A DNA stretch of 64,000 bases from Candidatus Collierbacteria bacterium (GCA_903884375.1 CAISER010000006.1:1080-65079), one strand, 5' to 3'; counted from the first letter of the stretch, positions 1 to 11,021 are shown. Program-made: numbers and translations. Notes: generated by a model from the letters alone, not told the origin.

Positions 1-2
1 CC

Positions 3-206
3 CGAGCTTTGATAATGAATCCTAAATTGATTCTGGCTGACGAGCCGACGGGGAATTTGGACACAAAGACCGGTGATGAAATTATGGAACTATTTGGTGA
101 ATTGAATAAAGAAGGAATAACTATTTTAATTGTTACTCACGAACACGATATTGCCGAAAGAGCTAGGAGACAAATCAAGATTAAAGACGGGGAGGTAGTT
201 AAATGA
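3..206 (+). CDS. ABC transporter ATP-binding protein (MacB/LolD type), C-terminal part; 5' end outside window
   Basis: Walker B/D-loop [11 protein letters not shown] and H-loop IVTHE; frame open from the window edge; overlaps the permease start. Confidence 0.9.
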   Translation, partial: RALIMNPKLILADEPTGNLDTKTGDEIMELFGELNKEGITILIVTHEHDIAERARRQIKIKDGEVVK

Positions 207-1417
207 AGTACGTTATTGATTTATTTAAATCAGCCATAACTGACTTTGGGAAAAACAAAGGCAGAACTTTTTTGACATCTCTCGGAATTTTAATTGGGGT
301 CATGTCGGTGGTTTTGTTGATGGCGGCAGGTGCTGGATTAAAACTGTACATTTCGCAACAATTTGAAAGTTTGGGAACAAATTTGTTGTATGTAATGCCT
401 GGAAATATGTTTGGTGAAGGAGGAACCGGAATAAGGGCAGGTGCAGGTGGTTCAATTGCACCAATTTTTGAAGAAAAAGATATCGTTGACTTGAAAAGAA
501 TTAAAGAAGCTGAGTATGTAATCCCTTACTACCAAAAATCGATTAAGGTTTCGTTTGAGGCAATCGCGGAGTATTCCACACTAAATGCAACATCCGAAGA
601 TGTATTCCCTAGTAGGAATTTTGTGGCGGAATATGGAACAGTATTTTCTTCGGCAGATAATTCGGCGAGAAATAAGGTGGCTGTTTTGGGTTCAAAAATT
701 GCTGAAAAATTATTTTCCGATCCAAGTTTGGCATTAAGCAAAAAAATTAGAATTGATGGTCAATCGTTTAGAGTAATCGGAGTATTACAATCCAAAGGTG
801 GTGGTGGTTTTGGAGGGCCGGATTTTGATAACTATATTTATATTCCGTATAAAACTGGATACATATTTAACACCGACAAGAAGTTTATCGAGATTATGGT
901 CAAGGCGAAAACTTCCGAAGCACTTCCACTTCTCAAAGAGGATATTAAAAATGTCTTACTTAAAAGGTTAGAAACCGATGATTTTTCGGTAGTGGAGTCA
1001 ACAGAAATATTAAATACAATTGGTTCAATTTTCAGTATCTTGAATGTGGTATTGGTTGCCATTGCCGCTATTTCCCTAGTTGTTGGAGGAATCGGAATTC
1101 TCAATATCATGTATGTAACTGTAAGTGAACGAATTAAGGAAATTGGAGTACGTCGGGCATTGGGAGCAAGAAGAAACGATATATTATGGCAATTTCTGGC
1201 CGAGGCCGTTGTGCTTTCCGTTTTTGGAGGAGTAATGGGGTTGGGAATTTCAGCTATTGTTGTTTTTTTAATGCAAAGCTTTTTCCCGGCATATATTTCT
1301 ATTTCGTCGATACTTCTGGCTTTAGGAACTTCTTCTTTGATTGGTATTGTATTTGGAGTTTTCCCAGCAAAGAAAGCGGCTGATTTATCCCCTATTGACG
1401 CTATCCGTTACGAATAA
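203..1417 (+). CDS. ABC transporter permease, MacB/FtsX family
   Basis: N-terminal TM, large extracellular domain, [27 protein letters not shown] and PIDAIRYE C-terminus. Confidence 0.92.
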   Translation: MKYVIDLFKSAITDFGKNKGRTFLTSLGILIGVMSVVLLMAAGAGLKLYISQQFESLGTNLLYVMPGNMFGEGGTGIRAGAGGSIAPIFEEKDIVDLKRIKEAEYVIPYYQKSIKVSFEAIAEYSTLNATSEDVFPSRNFVAEYGTVFSSADNSARNKVAVLGSKIAEKLFSDPSLALSKKIRIDGQSFRVIGVLQSKGGGGFGGPDFDNYIYIPYKTGYIFNTDKKFIEIMVKAKTSEALPLLKEDIKNVLLKRLETDDFSVVESTEILNTIGSIFSILNVVLVAIAAISLVVGGIGILNIMYVTVSERIKEIGVRRALGARRNDILWQFLAEAVVLSVFGGVMGLGISAIVVFLMQSFFPAYISISSILLALGTSSLIGIVFGVFPAKKAADLSPIDAIRYE

Positions 1418-1419
1418 TC

Positions 1420-2259
1420 TTATTGTTCTGCTAATTTCTTGACCTTGTCAATATTTATTTGATCAGGACCTTCATGTTTTTCTCCGGGAACTTCGAGTAT
1501 TAAAGGTTGGGAATTAAATGAAGAATGGTTGATGAGATTTTTTAAACCATTTAAACCAATTTCTCCTTCTCCAATGTTGGAGTGCATGTCGCGGTGAGAA
1601 TCCAAAACTGTTGCCGAGTCGTTTAAGTGAATACAAACTAATTTATCCAGTAGTCCTAACTTTATCAATTGTTTGGAAAACTCTTCGATAACTGCTGGTT
1701 TTCGAATGTCTACTCCGGATTCAAATAAATGTGCGGAGTCCAGACACATTTTAAGACGATTACTATTAATTGTTTCCATCAAATAACTTAATTCCTCCGG
1801 AGAGCCAATTTTGCCGTTTTGACCGGCATCGTTTTCGAGAATTAAATCGCAATTATTTGTGTTGGATAAAATATTTTTAATGACAGTAATTATCTGCTCT
1901 TTGACCGAATCGAAACCGATACCAAGATGAGATCCAATATGAACTATGACTCCGGCAGATTTGATACTGGCACCATTTTGCATATCGATAATAAGAGAGT
2001 TGATTGATTTTTCAAGAATATCCTTATTGGTTGAGGCAAGGTTAACAAGATAGAGGGCGTGAATAAAAGTTGGAAAAATATTTTGTTTTTCTGTTTCTCT
2101 TAGAAAATCATTTACTTGATCTTCAGGAAAAGGTTTCCGAAACCAAAGTCGGGGCGAACCGGCAAATATCTGCATACAGTTGCCACCAATTTCTTCGGTT
2201 TTTTTTACTGCATTTAGTAAACTACCGGCCATAGAAACATGACCGCCTATTCGCCTCAT
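1420..2259 (-). CDS. nfo: Endonuclease IV (AP endonuclease)
   Basis: IGGHVS, HALYLVNLAS, LENDAG, CLDSAH, HLNDS, RDMH motifs. Confidence 0.9.
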   Translation of the reverse strand: MRRIGGHVSMAGSLLNAVKKTEEIGGNCMQIFAGSPRLWFRKPFPEDQVNDFLRETEKQNIFPTFIHALYLVNLASTNKDILEKSINSLIIDMQNGASIKSAGVIVHIGSHLGIGFDSVKEQIITVIKNILSNTNNCDLILENDAGQNGKIGSPEELSYLMETINSNRLKMCLDSAHLFESGVDIRKPAVIEEFSKQLIKLGLLDKLVCIHLNDSATVLDSHRDMHSNIGEGEIGLNGLKNLINHSSFNSQPLILEVPGEKHEGPDQINIDKVKKLAEQ

Positions 2260-2921
2260 TTTTCTTCGATGGTGATTGATTTAATTACCACTTTCTCAAG
2301 TGGAGCATCAGCACTATTTGTTTCGACTGTAGCGATGGAGTCAAGGACTGCTAGACTGGCTGAGTCCGAAGCATTAATGCGACCAAAGATGGTGTAGTTA
2401 GGTGGAAGAGGATAATCTTTGTGCATGATAAAAAACTGAGAACCGTTGGTGTTTGGGCCGGAATTGGCCATAGCGATCGTTCCCTTTGAATATTCTTCAG
2501 TAACCGACTCGTCGGCAAATTTATATCCCGGACCACCAGTACCGGTACCGTTTGGATCACCACCTTGAATCATGAATCCGGAAATAATACGGTGGAAAGT
2601 TAGACCGTCATAAAATGGTTTCTCGGAAACTAATTTACCTGTAAACGGATTGATTTTTGTACCCTTGGCAAGTTCAACAAAATTTCTTACTGTATTAGGA
2701 GCAATTTTAGGGAACAGCTCAACTTTCATAACACCTTTGTTGGTGGTGATGGTTGCGATAATGTTTTCGGCGAGAGGAGTTTGGCTTGGGGTTTTGATTT
2801 CCATATTGGTTGGAGAGATTTTTATATCTGTTATTTGATAATTGGGAACGGTTGGCGTTTTTTGAAAAGCACAGCCGGATAAGAAAACGGCTGAACATAA
2901 AATAAATAGTATTTTATTCAT
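2256..2921 (-). CDS. Cyclophilin-type peptidyl-prolyl isomerase, probable lipoprotein
   Basis: FYDGLTFHRII, FMIQGGDP, AMANSGPNTNGSQFFI; lipobox LSGC. Confidence 0.93.
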   Translation of the reverse strand: MNKILFILCSAVFLSGCAFQKTPTVPNYQITDIKISPTNMEIKTPSQTPLAENIIATITTNKGVMKVELFPKIAPNTVRNFVELAKGTKINPFTGKLVSEKPFYDGLTFHRIISGFMIQGGDPNGTGTGGPGYKFADESVTEEYSKGTIAMANSGPNTNGSQFFIMHKDYPLPPNYTIFGRINASDSASLAVLDSIATVETNSADAPLEKVVIKSITIEEK

Positions 2922-2958
2922 CGTTTTATTATATATGGTGTCATGATAACATGGTTGT

Positions 2959-3261
2959 ATGCAGATGCCTGTTGTGGTCGGAATCGTAGTAGCGATTATA
3001 TTTTTAGTTGCTTTTTCGGAATGGTTTTACCATTTGGTGTCAGGATGGGGTGGATATGTGTTGGACGATGTATATTTTCGGTATCGAATCGTGGGGGTTT
3101 CTTTGTTGTCGATAATGGTAATGAGTGGAACTTTTTATAGCATGGCTCTAATAAACGAATGTCCTAATGAAGTTCGTGAAGGATTGTTCGCCAAATTAAA
3201 TTGCGAGGAGTATTCGAAAATTACGGTAGGAGCTGAAAAGTTATTTTTTCCTGGTAAATAA
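2959..3261 (+). CDS. Hypothetical small membrane protein
   Basis: 100-aa ORF with two hydrophobic segments filling the gap between divergent and convergent genes. Confidence 0.5.
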   Translation: MQMPVVVGIVVAIIFLVAFSEWFYHLVSGWGGYVLDDVYFRYRIVGVSLLSIMVMSGTFYSMALINECPNEVREGLFAKLNCEEYSKITVGAEKLFFPGK

Positions 3262-3567
3262 TTTTTCCAGATAGACAACAAATCGGTAGATTATTTTTTC
3301 AAGGAGAGAACGTTTTGATGTGTTTCTAGAATTATTTCCATTTAACGGATTCCACCAGGCAGAAGTAATTATCCAGTCACTTCCTTGTCTTTTTACTGCC
3401 GCGACAATTTTATATCCATTGATGGTCTTGATATATTTTTGTGAGTCGGTAGTGGAACTTTTTTGGATTTTATCGGGGAAACGAACTGCACTATCAACCC
3501 ATGTAGGATTTAGCCCTCTTTGTTTTATTCTTTCGTAGAGATGATTTGTCCAGATTACCCTACCCAT
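3241..3567 (-). CDS. DUF4258-like protein (RelE/BrnT-like fold)
   Basis: IWTNHLYERIKQRGL...WIITSAW pattern typical of DUF4258. Confidence 0.6.
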   Translation of the reverse strand: MGRVIWTNHLYERIKQRGLNPTWVDSAVRFPDKIQKSSTTDSQKYIKTINGYKIVAAVKRQGSDWIITSAWWNPLNGNNSRNTSKRSLLEKIIYRFVVYLEKLFTRKK

Positions 3568-4769
3568 TATTTGATAAGTTTAACCAAGTCCGGATCTTCG
3601 GCTAAAGGACTTGATTGGGTGATTGGTTGTGTTTGGAATTTTAGCGAGTCGTTTGGGTTTCTTGTTTCAGGAACATTGCCGTCGGGTAGAGAGCTTTGGA
3701 AAATGGAAGTGGTTGGAGGAGCCATTGGAGGAACTGGCGACGGAATGTCTTCTATGACAATCGGATTAACAGGGGTTGGGGTAGTTTGATCTGGTGAAAT
3801 TTCCGACAAGTGTGGAAGTGATCCGGGAGCTTCAACAGAAGGAGTAATGTCGACTGATTTTGGTTCAATTGAGGTTGGGTTTAGAGGGCCTGAAGGGGAA
3901 AGCGTCCCTGGAAAAGTGTCCGTAGATCCAGGAGTAATGTCGATTAAACCTGGCGTAGACACTGGTGGTTTTGAAGATGATGCTTGTGGCATTGTTTGGG
4001 GAGTTCCACCATCAGGAGTAATCATATCAGGGTCAATATTAAGATCAATTGCAGGAGTGTTTGTATCGTCCATATTTTTTATTTGATTTAATTTGTTTCT
4101 AATACTTATTTCCGGAAGATGGATATCAGGACTTAAGTTTATAACATATTCCACTAGAGTAGCTACTTCTTTGGGATCTAATGCATCAGAAAGATCTCTT
4201 TCAACTCCGTTTTTTTTGAATAACGCTGTTTTGATTAAGCCCGGATAGATACCTGTAATTTTGATATTATCTTCCTCCAAATCTTCCAATAAGCACTTGG
4301 TAAATCCGGTAATCGCCCATTTGGAAGCGTGATAGACCGAGCGATTTTTCTTAGCACAAAGGCCGTCCTGGGAAATGATATTAATTATTTGACCGGTTTT
4401 TCTGAACCTCATTCCGGGAAGAACAGCTCTAGTTAAAAAAATGGTGCCGGTAGTATTAACGTCAATTATTTCCTTGATTTTACGAGGATCATTGTCCGCC
4501 AAATCACCTTCCATCCAAATACCTGCATTGTTTATCAGCACATCAAGGGCGTGATGTTTTTCGATAATTTGATTAACTGCAGATTGGAGTGATTGATAAT
4601 CGGTGAGCTCACCTTCAACAAAGTCACAGTTTAATTCTCTGGCTACTTCCCGAAGTTTATCGACATTGTGAGAAAGTATAACAACACGATTATCAGGTGC
4701 AAGTTTTTCGGCAATGGCTTTGCCAAGACCATCACTTCCACCAGAAATCAAGATAACCTTTTTGGGCAT
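3567..4769 (-). CDS. SDR family oxidoreductase with ~165-aa Pro/Ser/Thr-rich C-terminal extension
   Basis: SGGSDGLG, NNAG and YHASK motifs; low-complexity tail after about residue 232. Confidence 0.85.
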   Translation of the reverse strand: MPKKVILISGGSDGLGKAIAEKLAPDNRVVILSHNVDKLREVARELNCDFVEGELTDYQSLQSAVNQIIEKHHALDVLINNAGIWMEGDLADNDPRKIKEIIDVNTTGTIFLTRAVLPGMRFRKTGQIINIISQDGLCAKKNRSVYHASKWAITGFTKCLLEDLEEDNIKITGIYPGLIKTALFKKNGVERDLSDALDPKEVATLVEYVINLSPDIHLPEISIRNKLNQIKNMDDTNTPAIDLNIDPDMITPDGGTPQTMPQASSSKPPVSTPGLIDITPGSTDTFPGTLSPSGPLNPTSIEPKSVDITPSVEAPGSLPHLSEISPDQTTPTPVNPIVIEDIPSPVPPMAPPTTSIFQSSLPDGNVPETRNPNDSLKFQTQPITQSSPLAEDPDLVKLIK

Positions 4770-4778
4770 TAATTCATT

Positions 4779-7412
4779 TTACCCTAGTTTGGGGTAATGA
4801 CAGTTTTTGAATTTTTTTCCACTCCCACACCAGCAAGGATCGTTGCGTCCGATTTTATTTTCTTTTTTACTTTGGGAAATTTGTTTTTCACTGGTTGAAG
4901 ATTTTTCAACTCCCTTAATCGGTTTGGCCATTTCTGTAGGGACTTGAACTTGAACTCTAAATATACGATGCGCCGCCACAGAATCAATTCTTGATAGTAA
5001 ACTTTCGAACATAGAAAACGACTCTTGTTTGTACTCAACCAATGGGTCTTTTTGAGCATATCCTCGAAGTCCAATACCATCTCTTAAATTATCTATAGCA
5101 TCGAGATGATTCATCCATAGCTCATCATAAGATTCAAGGAGAACATATCTTTCGACTTGACCAAGCATTTCTTCGCCCAAACGTTCTTTTTGGGATTTTC
5201 GCGCTTGGGAAATTATTTTGCTTAAAATCTCTTTGACTTCTTCAGCATCTTTGCCAACCAAGCTACTCTCAACAATATCAGCTGAACGAGGATCAAGAGG
5301 AAGAATTAACTGAAACTCTTTTATTATTTGATCGGCTTCAGTTTTGTTGATACCCGAGGCAGCATAAATATTACTAAGATAATCGATTTCTTTTTCTAGA
5401 GCTTGATCTATCTGTTTTTCGGAAACATTTTGGTCTTCGGAGAGAAGATTGTGACGACGTTTGTAAAAAATTTGCCGTTGTTTGTTCATAACATCATCGT
5501 ATTCAACAAGGTGTTTTCTTTGGTCAAAATAAAATGACTCAACTTTTGTTTGGGCTGTCTCTATGGCTCTGGTCACCATACCGGCTTCTAATGGTTGATC
5601 TTCCGGAACTTTAAGAAAGTCCATTAATCGGCTAACTTGTTCGCCACCAAAAATACGCATAATATCATCTTCAAGGGAGATATAGAAGCGACTGGAACCG
5701 GGATCTCCCTGACGACCGGAACGGCCTCTTAATTGATTATCAATACGACGAGATTCGTGCCTTACCGCACCAATGATATGAAGACCGCCGATTTCTTTGA
5801 CCTTTTCTGCTTCTTTTTGCCATTCTTTTTCATTTCGGCCACGGTTATCTCCGCCAAGAACTATATCAACTCCTCGACCGGCAATATTGGTGGCAACTGT
5901 AACCGCACCCAAACGTCCAGCTTCGGAAATTATTTGAGCTTCATTTTCATGATTTTTAGCGTTTAAAACTTGATGGGGAATACGTTTTTTCTTGAGATAT
6001 TGGGTAATAACGTCGTTTTGTTCGATGGATTTTGTGCCAATAAGAATTGGTTGTCCTTTTTCATGAAGTTGCTGAACCTCAGTAACCAAAGCTCCTAGTT
6101 TGGCTCGTTGCGTTTTATAGACTGTATCGGAGTAGTCTTGTCTGACACAAGGTTTGTTGGTAGGAATAATTAAAACGTCAAGGTTATAGATTTTTTTGAA
6201 CTCTTCGGCTTCGGTGGCTGCCGTACCGGTCATACCGGCAAGTTTTTCGTAAAGTCTAAAGTAGTTTTGAAGTGAAATGGTAGCTAAAGTACGACTTTCC
6301 TGCTGAACATTAACTCCCTCTTTGGCTTCAATAGCTTGATGAAGACCATCAGAGTAACGACGACCGTACATGAGACGACCAGTGTGGTCATCAACAATAA
6401 TTATCTCATCATCTTTGATGACATAATCTCGATCGCGGACAAAAAGAGTGTGAGCTTTGAGGGCCTGTTCTAGATGATGAAGACTTTGATAGTCTTGTTG
6501 ATATAAATTTTCAACATTGAGAATTTTTTCGAGTTTTCGTAAACCATGATCGGTAAGATTGGCGGTCCGTTGTTTTTCATCTACCTCATAATCGGTGTCT
6601 CCAGATAGAGTTTTAATTAAACTGGCAAAACGAAAATACTGATCAGTGGCTTCCGAGTCTGGAGCGGAAATAATTAATGGTGTACGAGCTTCATCAATTA
6701 AAATAGAGTCAACTTCATCGACTATGGCAAAATGATGTGGTCTTTGAACAATTTGGTCTTGGGATCTGGCCATATTGTCTCTTAAATAGTCGAAACCAAA
6801 CTCGTTATTGGTGCCATAAGTGACATCGCATTGGTAAGCCTCTCCTCGGGTAATCGGACGAAGATGTTGTAAACGTGTGTCGGCATGAGTACTATCGGAA
6901 AATTCCGGATCATATATGGATGCCGGGAGATCTCCTTGACCGGAATAAATACAACCAACAGATAGTCCTAAAAAATGATAGATTGGCCCCATCCAGCCAG
7001 TGTCACGACGAGCAAGATAATCATTTACAGTAACCAAGTGAGCGCCTTTGCCGGTGAGTGCATTAAGAATCATGGCCGGAACAGCAGAAAGAGTTTTTCC
7101 TTCTCCAGTTTTTTGTTCGGCAATTTTTCCTTGATGAAAGGCTGAGGCCGCCATCAGTTGAACATCGTAAGGACGAAGTCCTAAAGTACGAAGGGCGGCT
7201 TCACGAGTAAGAGCAAATACTTTTGGCAAAACATCATCAAGTGTTTTGTTGTGTTGAAGTTCTTCTTTTATTTGAGCTATTTCTCCAGGGAATTCATCAT
7301 CTTTCATTTTTTTGATATCTGACTCAAGCTGGTTGATTAGCTCAACAATTTTTTTGAGCTTTTCGACTTCAACACGATTTGGATTAAGAATAGGATCTAA
7401 AAATGAGAACAT
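4779..7412 (-). CDS. secA: Preprotein translocase ATPase SecA
   Basis: KTGEGKT, DEVDSILIDEARTPLIIS, RIDNQLRGRSGRQGDPG, C-terminal SEC-C GRNDPCWCGSGKKFKNCH. Confidence 0.98.
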   Translation of the reverse strand: MFSFLDPILNPNRVEVEKLKKIVELINQLESDIKKMKDDEFPGEIAQIKEELQHNKTLDDVLPKVFALTREAALRTLGLRPYDVQLMAASAFHQGKIAEQKTGEGKTLSAVPAMILNALTGKGAHLVTVNDYLARRDTGWMGPIYHFLGLSVGCIYSGQGDLPASIYDPEFSDSTHADTRLQHLRPITRGEAYQCDVTYGTNNEFGFDYLRDNMARSQDQIVQRPHHFAIVDEVDSILIDEARTPLIISAPDSEATDQYFRFASLIKTLSGDTDYEVDEKQRTANLTDHGLRKLEKILNVENLYQQDYQSLHHLEQALKAHTLFVRDRDYVIKDDEIIIVDDHTGRLMYGRRYSDGLHQAIEAKEGVNVQQESRTLATISLQNYFRLYEKLAGMTGTAATEAEEFKKIYNLDVLIIPTNKPCVRQDYSDTVYKTQRAKLGALVTEVQQLHEKGQPILIGTKSIEQNDVITQYLKKKRIPHQVLNAKNHENEAQIISEAGRLGAVTVATNIAGRGVDIVLGGDNRGRNEKEWQKEAEKVKEIGGLHIIGAVRHESRRIDNQLRGRSGRQGDPGSSRFYISLEDDIMRIFGGEQVSRLMDFLKVPEDQPLEAGMVTRAIETAQTKVESFYFDQRKHLVEYDDVMNKQRQIFYKRRHNLLSEDQNVSEKQIDQALEKEIDYLSNIYAASGINKTEADQIIKEFQLILPLDPRSADIVESSLVGKDAEEVKEILSKIISQARKSQKERLGEEMLGQVERYVLLESYDELWMNHLDAIDNLRDGIGLRGYAQKDPLVEYKQESFSMFESLLSRIDSVAAHRIFRVQVQVPTEMAKPIKGVEKSSTSEKQISQSKKENKIGRNDPCWCGSGKKFKNCHYPKLG

Positions 7413-7430
7413 GTCAGCTAATTATACTGG

Positions 7431-8060
7431 TTAGACGAGAGAAATGATGACATTTGAGTAAGTGTTAGCCTTGATAAAAAAGAAATATGGAGATAGGTGA
7501 CGAAATACTTTGGCAGTTTCTTGTTTATTATTTTGCCACCAAAGACGATTAATCAAAACATAACGCGAGTGATTTTTTAATTTTTGAAAAAAATCAACGG
7601 AACTGAGCTTTTGGGGAATTGTTTTGCCTACAAAACAATCGACCATGACGATATCGAATTTATCTTTGATGTTTAGATGGTTGACGTAATTTAAAGCATC
7701 GGCAATGATGATATTTATATTTTTGACTTTTTTTAAACGAAAAAATTTATTAGCCAACTCGACCATAATTGGATCAATCTCGACGGCAGTGATGTGTGCT
7801 TTGGGAAAATATCGATTAATAAGCTGGGCGTTACATCCTCCGGCAAGACCAAGAAGAAGTACCTTTTGGGGGTAAAAATATTTAGGGATAAAAGAATTGA
7901 TTGCTTTTTTCCAAATATGAGTCATGACACTACCAGACTCAACCAAACCATCGACCATCAAGGTTACCGAATTTAAATATTTATAGACAATAATATTCTT
8001 GTTGTATTTTGAATCCGGAAAATGATATTTGTAAGGAAAAAAGAAGTTGAAAATACTCAT
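7431..8060 (-). CDS. SAM-dependent methyltransferase, spermidine-synthase-like
   Basis: VLLLGLAGG, AVEIDP, ADA, FDIVMVD motifs. Confidence 0.75.
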   Translation of the reverse strand: MSIFNFFFPYKYHFPDSKYNKNIIVYKYLNSVTLMVDGLVESGSVMTHIWKKAINSFIPKYFYPQKVLLLGLAGGCNAQLINRYFPKAHITAVEIDPIMVELANKFFRLKKVKNINIIIADALNYVNHLNIKDKFDIVMVDCFVGKTIPQKLSSVDFFQKLKNHSRYVLINRLWWQNNKQETAKVFRHLSPYFFFIKANTYSNVIISLV

Positions 8061-8061
8061 G

Positions 8062-9120
8062 CTAATTTATGTTCTGATTTTCTATTGCCTTGAGTTCAGC
8101 TTGAATTTTTCTGGCTAGGTCTCCCCACTCTTTATAATGAAGATTAAGTTTGTTTTTATTGATTCTTAATGGCGGTAATCCTTCTGCTAAAAAACCGGCA
8201 TCTAGGAGATCGGCAGCAGCTAAATCTCGTTCAAGATAAGAATCGGCACCCGAAACCATGGCGACCATTGAATAGCCATTTCTTTGAGCAACCACTATCG
8301 TTGAGTAACCAGCTTCTTCGGTGTAAGCAATTTTTAAACCTGAAACTCCAGGGTAAACTCCCAATAATCCGTTCCAATTAGGAAGATAGTAGGAACCATG
8401 ATCTTCCGTTTTTTGAATATCTTGATTATCAGACTTTGCGGCTTCAAGAATTTCCGGGTAATTTTTTTGTACATTATTAACCAGCTTTGCCAAGTCTTTT
8501 AAAGTTGAGTACTGGTTTTGATCATCCAGTCCATCAGAGTTTACAAAATGGGAGTTTTTTAAACCAAGCAGAGTCGCTTTGGCATTCATATAATAGATAA
8601 ACTCTGCTTTGCTAATACCAACTGCTTTGGCGGCTCCAACTGAAAGTGTCTCGGCTGCATCGTTGGCACTGGTGGCAATTGCGGCACGAAGTAAGTCGAC
8701 AACAGATAGTTTTTCACCGACTTTAAGACCCAAAACAGTTGGGACTTTATCGACCGATTCTTTGGTGGCTGTAATTAAATATTCTTTGGGAACAAGATCA
8801 AGAGCAATTTGAGCTGAGAGAAGTTTGGTAAATGAGGCGGGAGACAAACGGATATCCGCACCTTTGGCATAATAAACTTTATTTGTTTGACTGTTATAAA
8901 CCAAATAACGGGGAATATTTTCCAAACTGGAAATGGTTTTTGCCTTGCTAATGTCCAAATTAAAAGGTGAAATTATTCTTTGAGAGATTTTTTCTGTTTG
9001 ATCCGGACCTTGGAAAAAAGGAGAGATAAGATTTGAAGGAAAAACTCGAGGCAAAATAAAAAAAAGAACGGCAATAATTATTGCCAATATCAAAAAAATG
9101 AGATGAGATTTTTTAAACAC
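8062..9120 (-). CDS. D-alanyl-D-alanine carboxypeptidase (peptidase S11)
   Basis: PASFTK (SxxK) and SANDAA (SxN); KTG motif altered to KIA; N-terminal TM. Confidence 0.85.
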   Translation of the reverse strand: MFKKSHLIFLILAIIIAVLFFILPRVFPSNLISPFFQGPDQTEKISQRIISPFNLDISKAKTISSLENIPRYLVYNSQTNKVYYAKGADIRLSPASFTKLLSAQIALDLVPKEYLITATKESVDKVPTVLGLKVGEKLSVVDLLRAAIATSANDAAETLSVGAAKAVGISKAEFIYYMNAKATLLGLKNSHFVNSDGLDDQNQYSTLKDLAKLVNNVQKNYPEILEAAKSDNQDIQKTEDHGSYYLPNWNGLLGVYPGVSGLKIAYTEEAGYSTIVVAQRNGYSMVAMVSGADSYLERDLAAADLLDAGFLAEGLPPLRINKNKLNLHYKEWGDLARKIQAELKAIENQNIN

Positions 9121-10387
9121 GTCTTATTTCAGCTTTTCCCATAAGAGGCACCAATACATCTGGAATTTTGACTGAACCATCGGCTTGTTGATAGTTTTCT
9201 AAGATAGCAACCAACCAACGAGGAGAGTTGCTGGCAGTGTTGTTTAGCATGTGGACAAATTTAATTTCATTTCCGGCATCTTTATAGCGGATATTGGCTC
9301 TTCGCGATTGGAAGTCGAGCATTATTGAGTCTGAGGCAAGTTCACCATAGTCATTTCTGCCGGGCATCCAAGCCTCGAGATCGTATTTTTTGGCTTGAGG
9401 TTCCCCCATGTCACCAGTACACATCTTTAAGACTCTATAAGGAAGTTTGAGGTCTTGGGCAATTTCTTCGGTGAGAGCCATCATTTCTTCGTGCATTTTT
9501 TTGGACTCCTCAACATCATTTTTGCAAATAACAACTTGTTCGGTTTTAACAAATTCATGGACTCTATAGATACCTTTGGTATCTTTGCCATAGGAACCGG
9601 CTTCTTTTCTGTAGCATGGAGAAAAACCAATCATACGAATGGGAAGATCTTTTTCGTTAAATATTTCGTCTTGGTACATGGAAACTAAAGGTACTTCAGC
9701 TGTTCCTGCAAGGTATGACTCTTCCTCACCTTCTTCAGAAGTAAACCTGTATGTTTCTTTTTCACCCCAGGGAAAATGACCAGTATTTACAAATGCACGT
9801 TTTTTCAAAATAACCGGTGGAGTGACGGGAGTGTAACCTTTGGAAATAAATTTCTGAAGAGTGTACTGCATGAGAGCAAATTGCAGCATAACGGCTTCGT
9901 TTTTTAAATAGTAGCCGCGGAATCCGGCTACTTTTGAACCACGTTCAATGTCAATCAGGTCGAGGGCTTCCCCTAATTCAAGATGGGTTTTGGGAGTAAA
10001 ATCAAATTTTTTTATTTCACTCCAAGTTCTGATGGTGACATTTCCCTCGCTATCTCTCCCAACAGGAACCTCATTAAGAGGAATTCCGGGGACTTGAAGC
10101 ATCAAAGAATAATATTCTTCTTCTACTGAGCGAAGTTGCGGTTCCAAAGTTTGAAGTTTTTCTTTTAATTCTCCGGATTGGGAAATAAGTTCTGGGGTTC
10201 TTTCTGATTTTAATTGCTCGTTTAATATATTTCTTTCTGCCCTAATTGTTTCAATCTTACCAATAAGCTCTCGACGTTTGGTATCGGAAGCTAGAACTAG
10301 GTCGACGATATCGGGATTAATATTTTTATTTTTTATTCCCTGTTTAACTTTCTCAGAGTTTTCGCGAATGTAAGCTATATCAAGCAT
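9113..10387 (-). CDS. serS: Serine--tRNA ligase
   Basis: MLDI N-terminal coiled coil, LAGTAEVP, CYRKEAGSYGKDTKGIYRVHEF, HMLNNT. Confidence 0.97.
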   Translation of the reverse strand: MLDIAYIRENSEKVKQGIKNKNINPDIVDLVLASDTKRRELIGKIETIRAERNILNEQLKSERTPELISQSGELKEKLQTLEPQLRSVEEEYYSLMLQVPGIPLNEVPVGRDSEGNVTIRTWSEIKKFDFTPKTHLELGEALDLIDIERGSKVAGFRGYYLKNEAVMLQFALMQYTLQKFISKGYTPVTPPVILKKRAFVNTGHFPWGEKETYRFTSEEGEEESYLAGTAEVPLVSMYQDEIFNEKDLPIRMIGFSPCYRKEAGSYGKDTKGIYRVHEFVKTEQVVICKNDVEESKKMHEEMMALTEEIAQDLKLPYRVLKMCTGDMGEPQAKKYDLEAWMPGRNDYGELASDSIMLDFQSRRANIRYKDAGNEIKFVHMLNNTASNSPRWLVAILENYQQADGSVKIPDVLVPLMGKAEIRRV

Positions 10388-10403
10388 GATTTGATTATAT
10401 CCT

Positions 10404-10994
10404 TTATTTATATTCCCAAAACTGTTGAGATTTTTGCATTGAGGTGAGACAGATATCTACAAGAATATCAAGCTTTATATTCAAACCGTCTTCTCTTTCA
10501 CAAAGAATCACTTCATCACGGCGAGTACCTGCAGCAAAACGTGGTTCTTTCAAAAATCTTTTTATGATTGACGATTGTTTGACATCAGCCAGTTTGCGAC
10601 TGGGATAAACATAAGCCGTGGCCATGATAAGACCGGTGAGTGAGTCGGCACAAAAAAGAGACCATTGAGCTTTAGAAATTGGTTTGACACCAGTTTTTTC
10701 CGGAGAATGCGCTTTGATGATATCGATTACAGTATCAGAAACTTCCAAATTATATTTAGCCAAAACCTCTCTAGTTTTGTTGGGATGTTCATCCTTCCAA
10801 GGATCTTGATAATCAATATCGTGAATCAATCCGGCCAAGAGCCAGTCTTCTTTTTGGGGTTCATTTTGAGAAAGTAGACGATTTGAGTCAAAATAATCAA
10901 AAAGACCTCCCATACAAGCTTCCAGTGCAAGAGAGTGTAAAAATATTTTTTCTTCTAATTGAATTTTTAGTATGGGAAGAAAGGTGTCATGCAT
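10404..10994 (-). CDS. HD-domain phosphohydrolase
   Basis: HSLALEA, GLIHDIDY, CADSLTGLI, FAAG motifs. Confidence 0.85.
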   Translation of the reverse strand: MHDTFLPILKIQLEEKIFLHSLALEACMGGLFDYFDSNRLLSQNEPQKEDWLLAGLIHDIDYQDPWKDEHPNKTREVLAKYNLEVSDTVIDIIKAHSPEKTGVKPISKAQWSLFCADSLTGLIMATAYVYPSRKLADVKQSSIIKRFLKEPRFAAGTRRDEVILCEREDGLNIKLDILVDICLTSMQKSQQFWEYK

Positions 10995-11021
10995 AACGAT
11001 ATTGTATGACGAACTTTCAGA

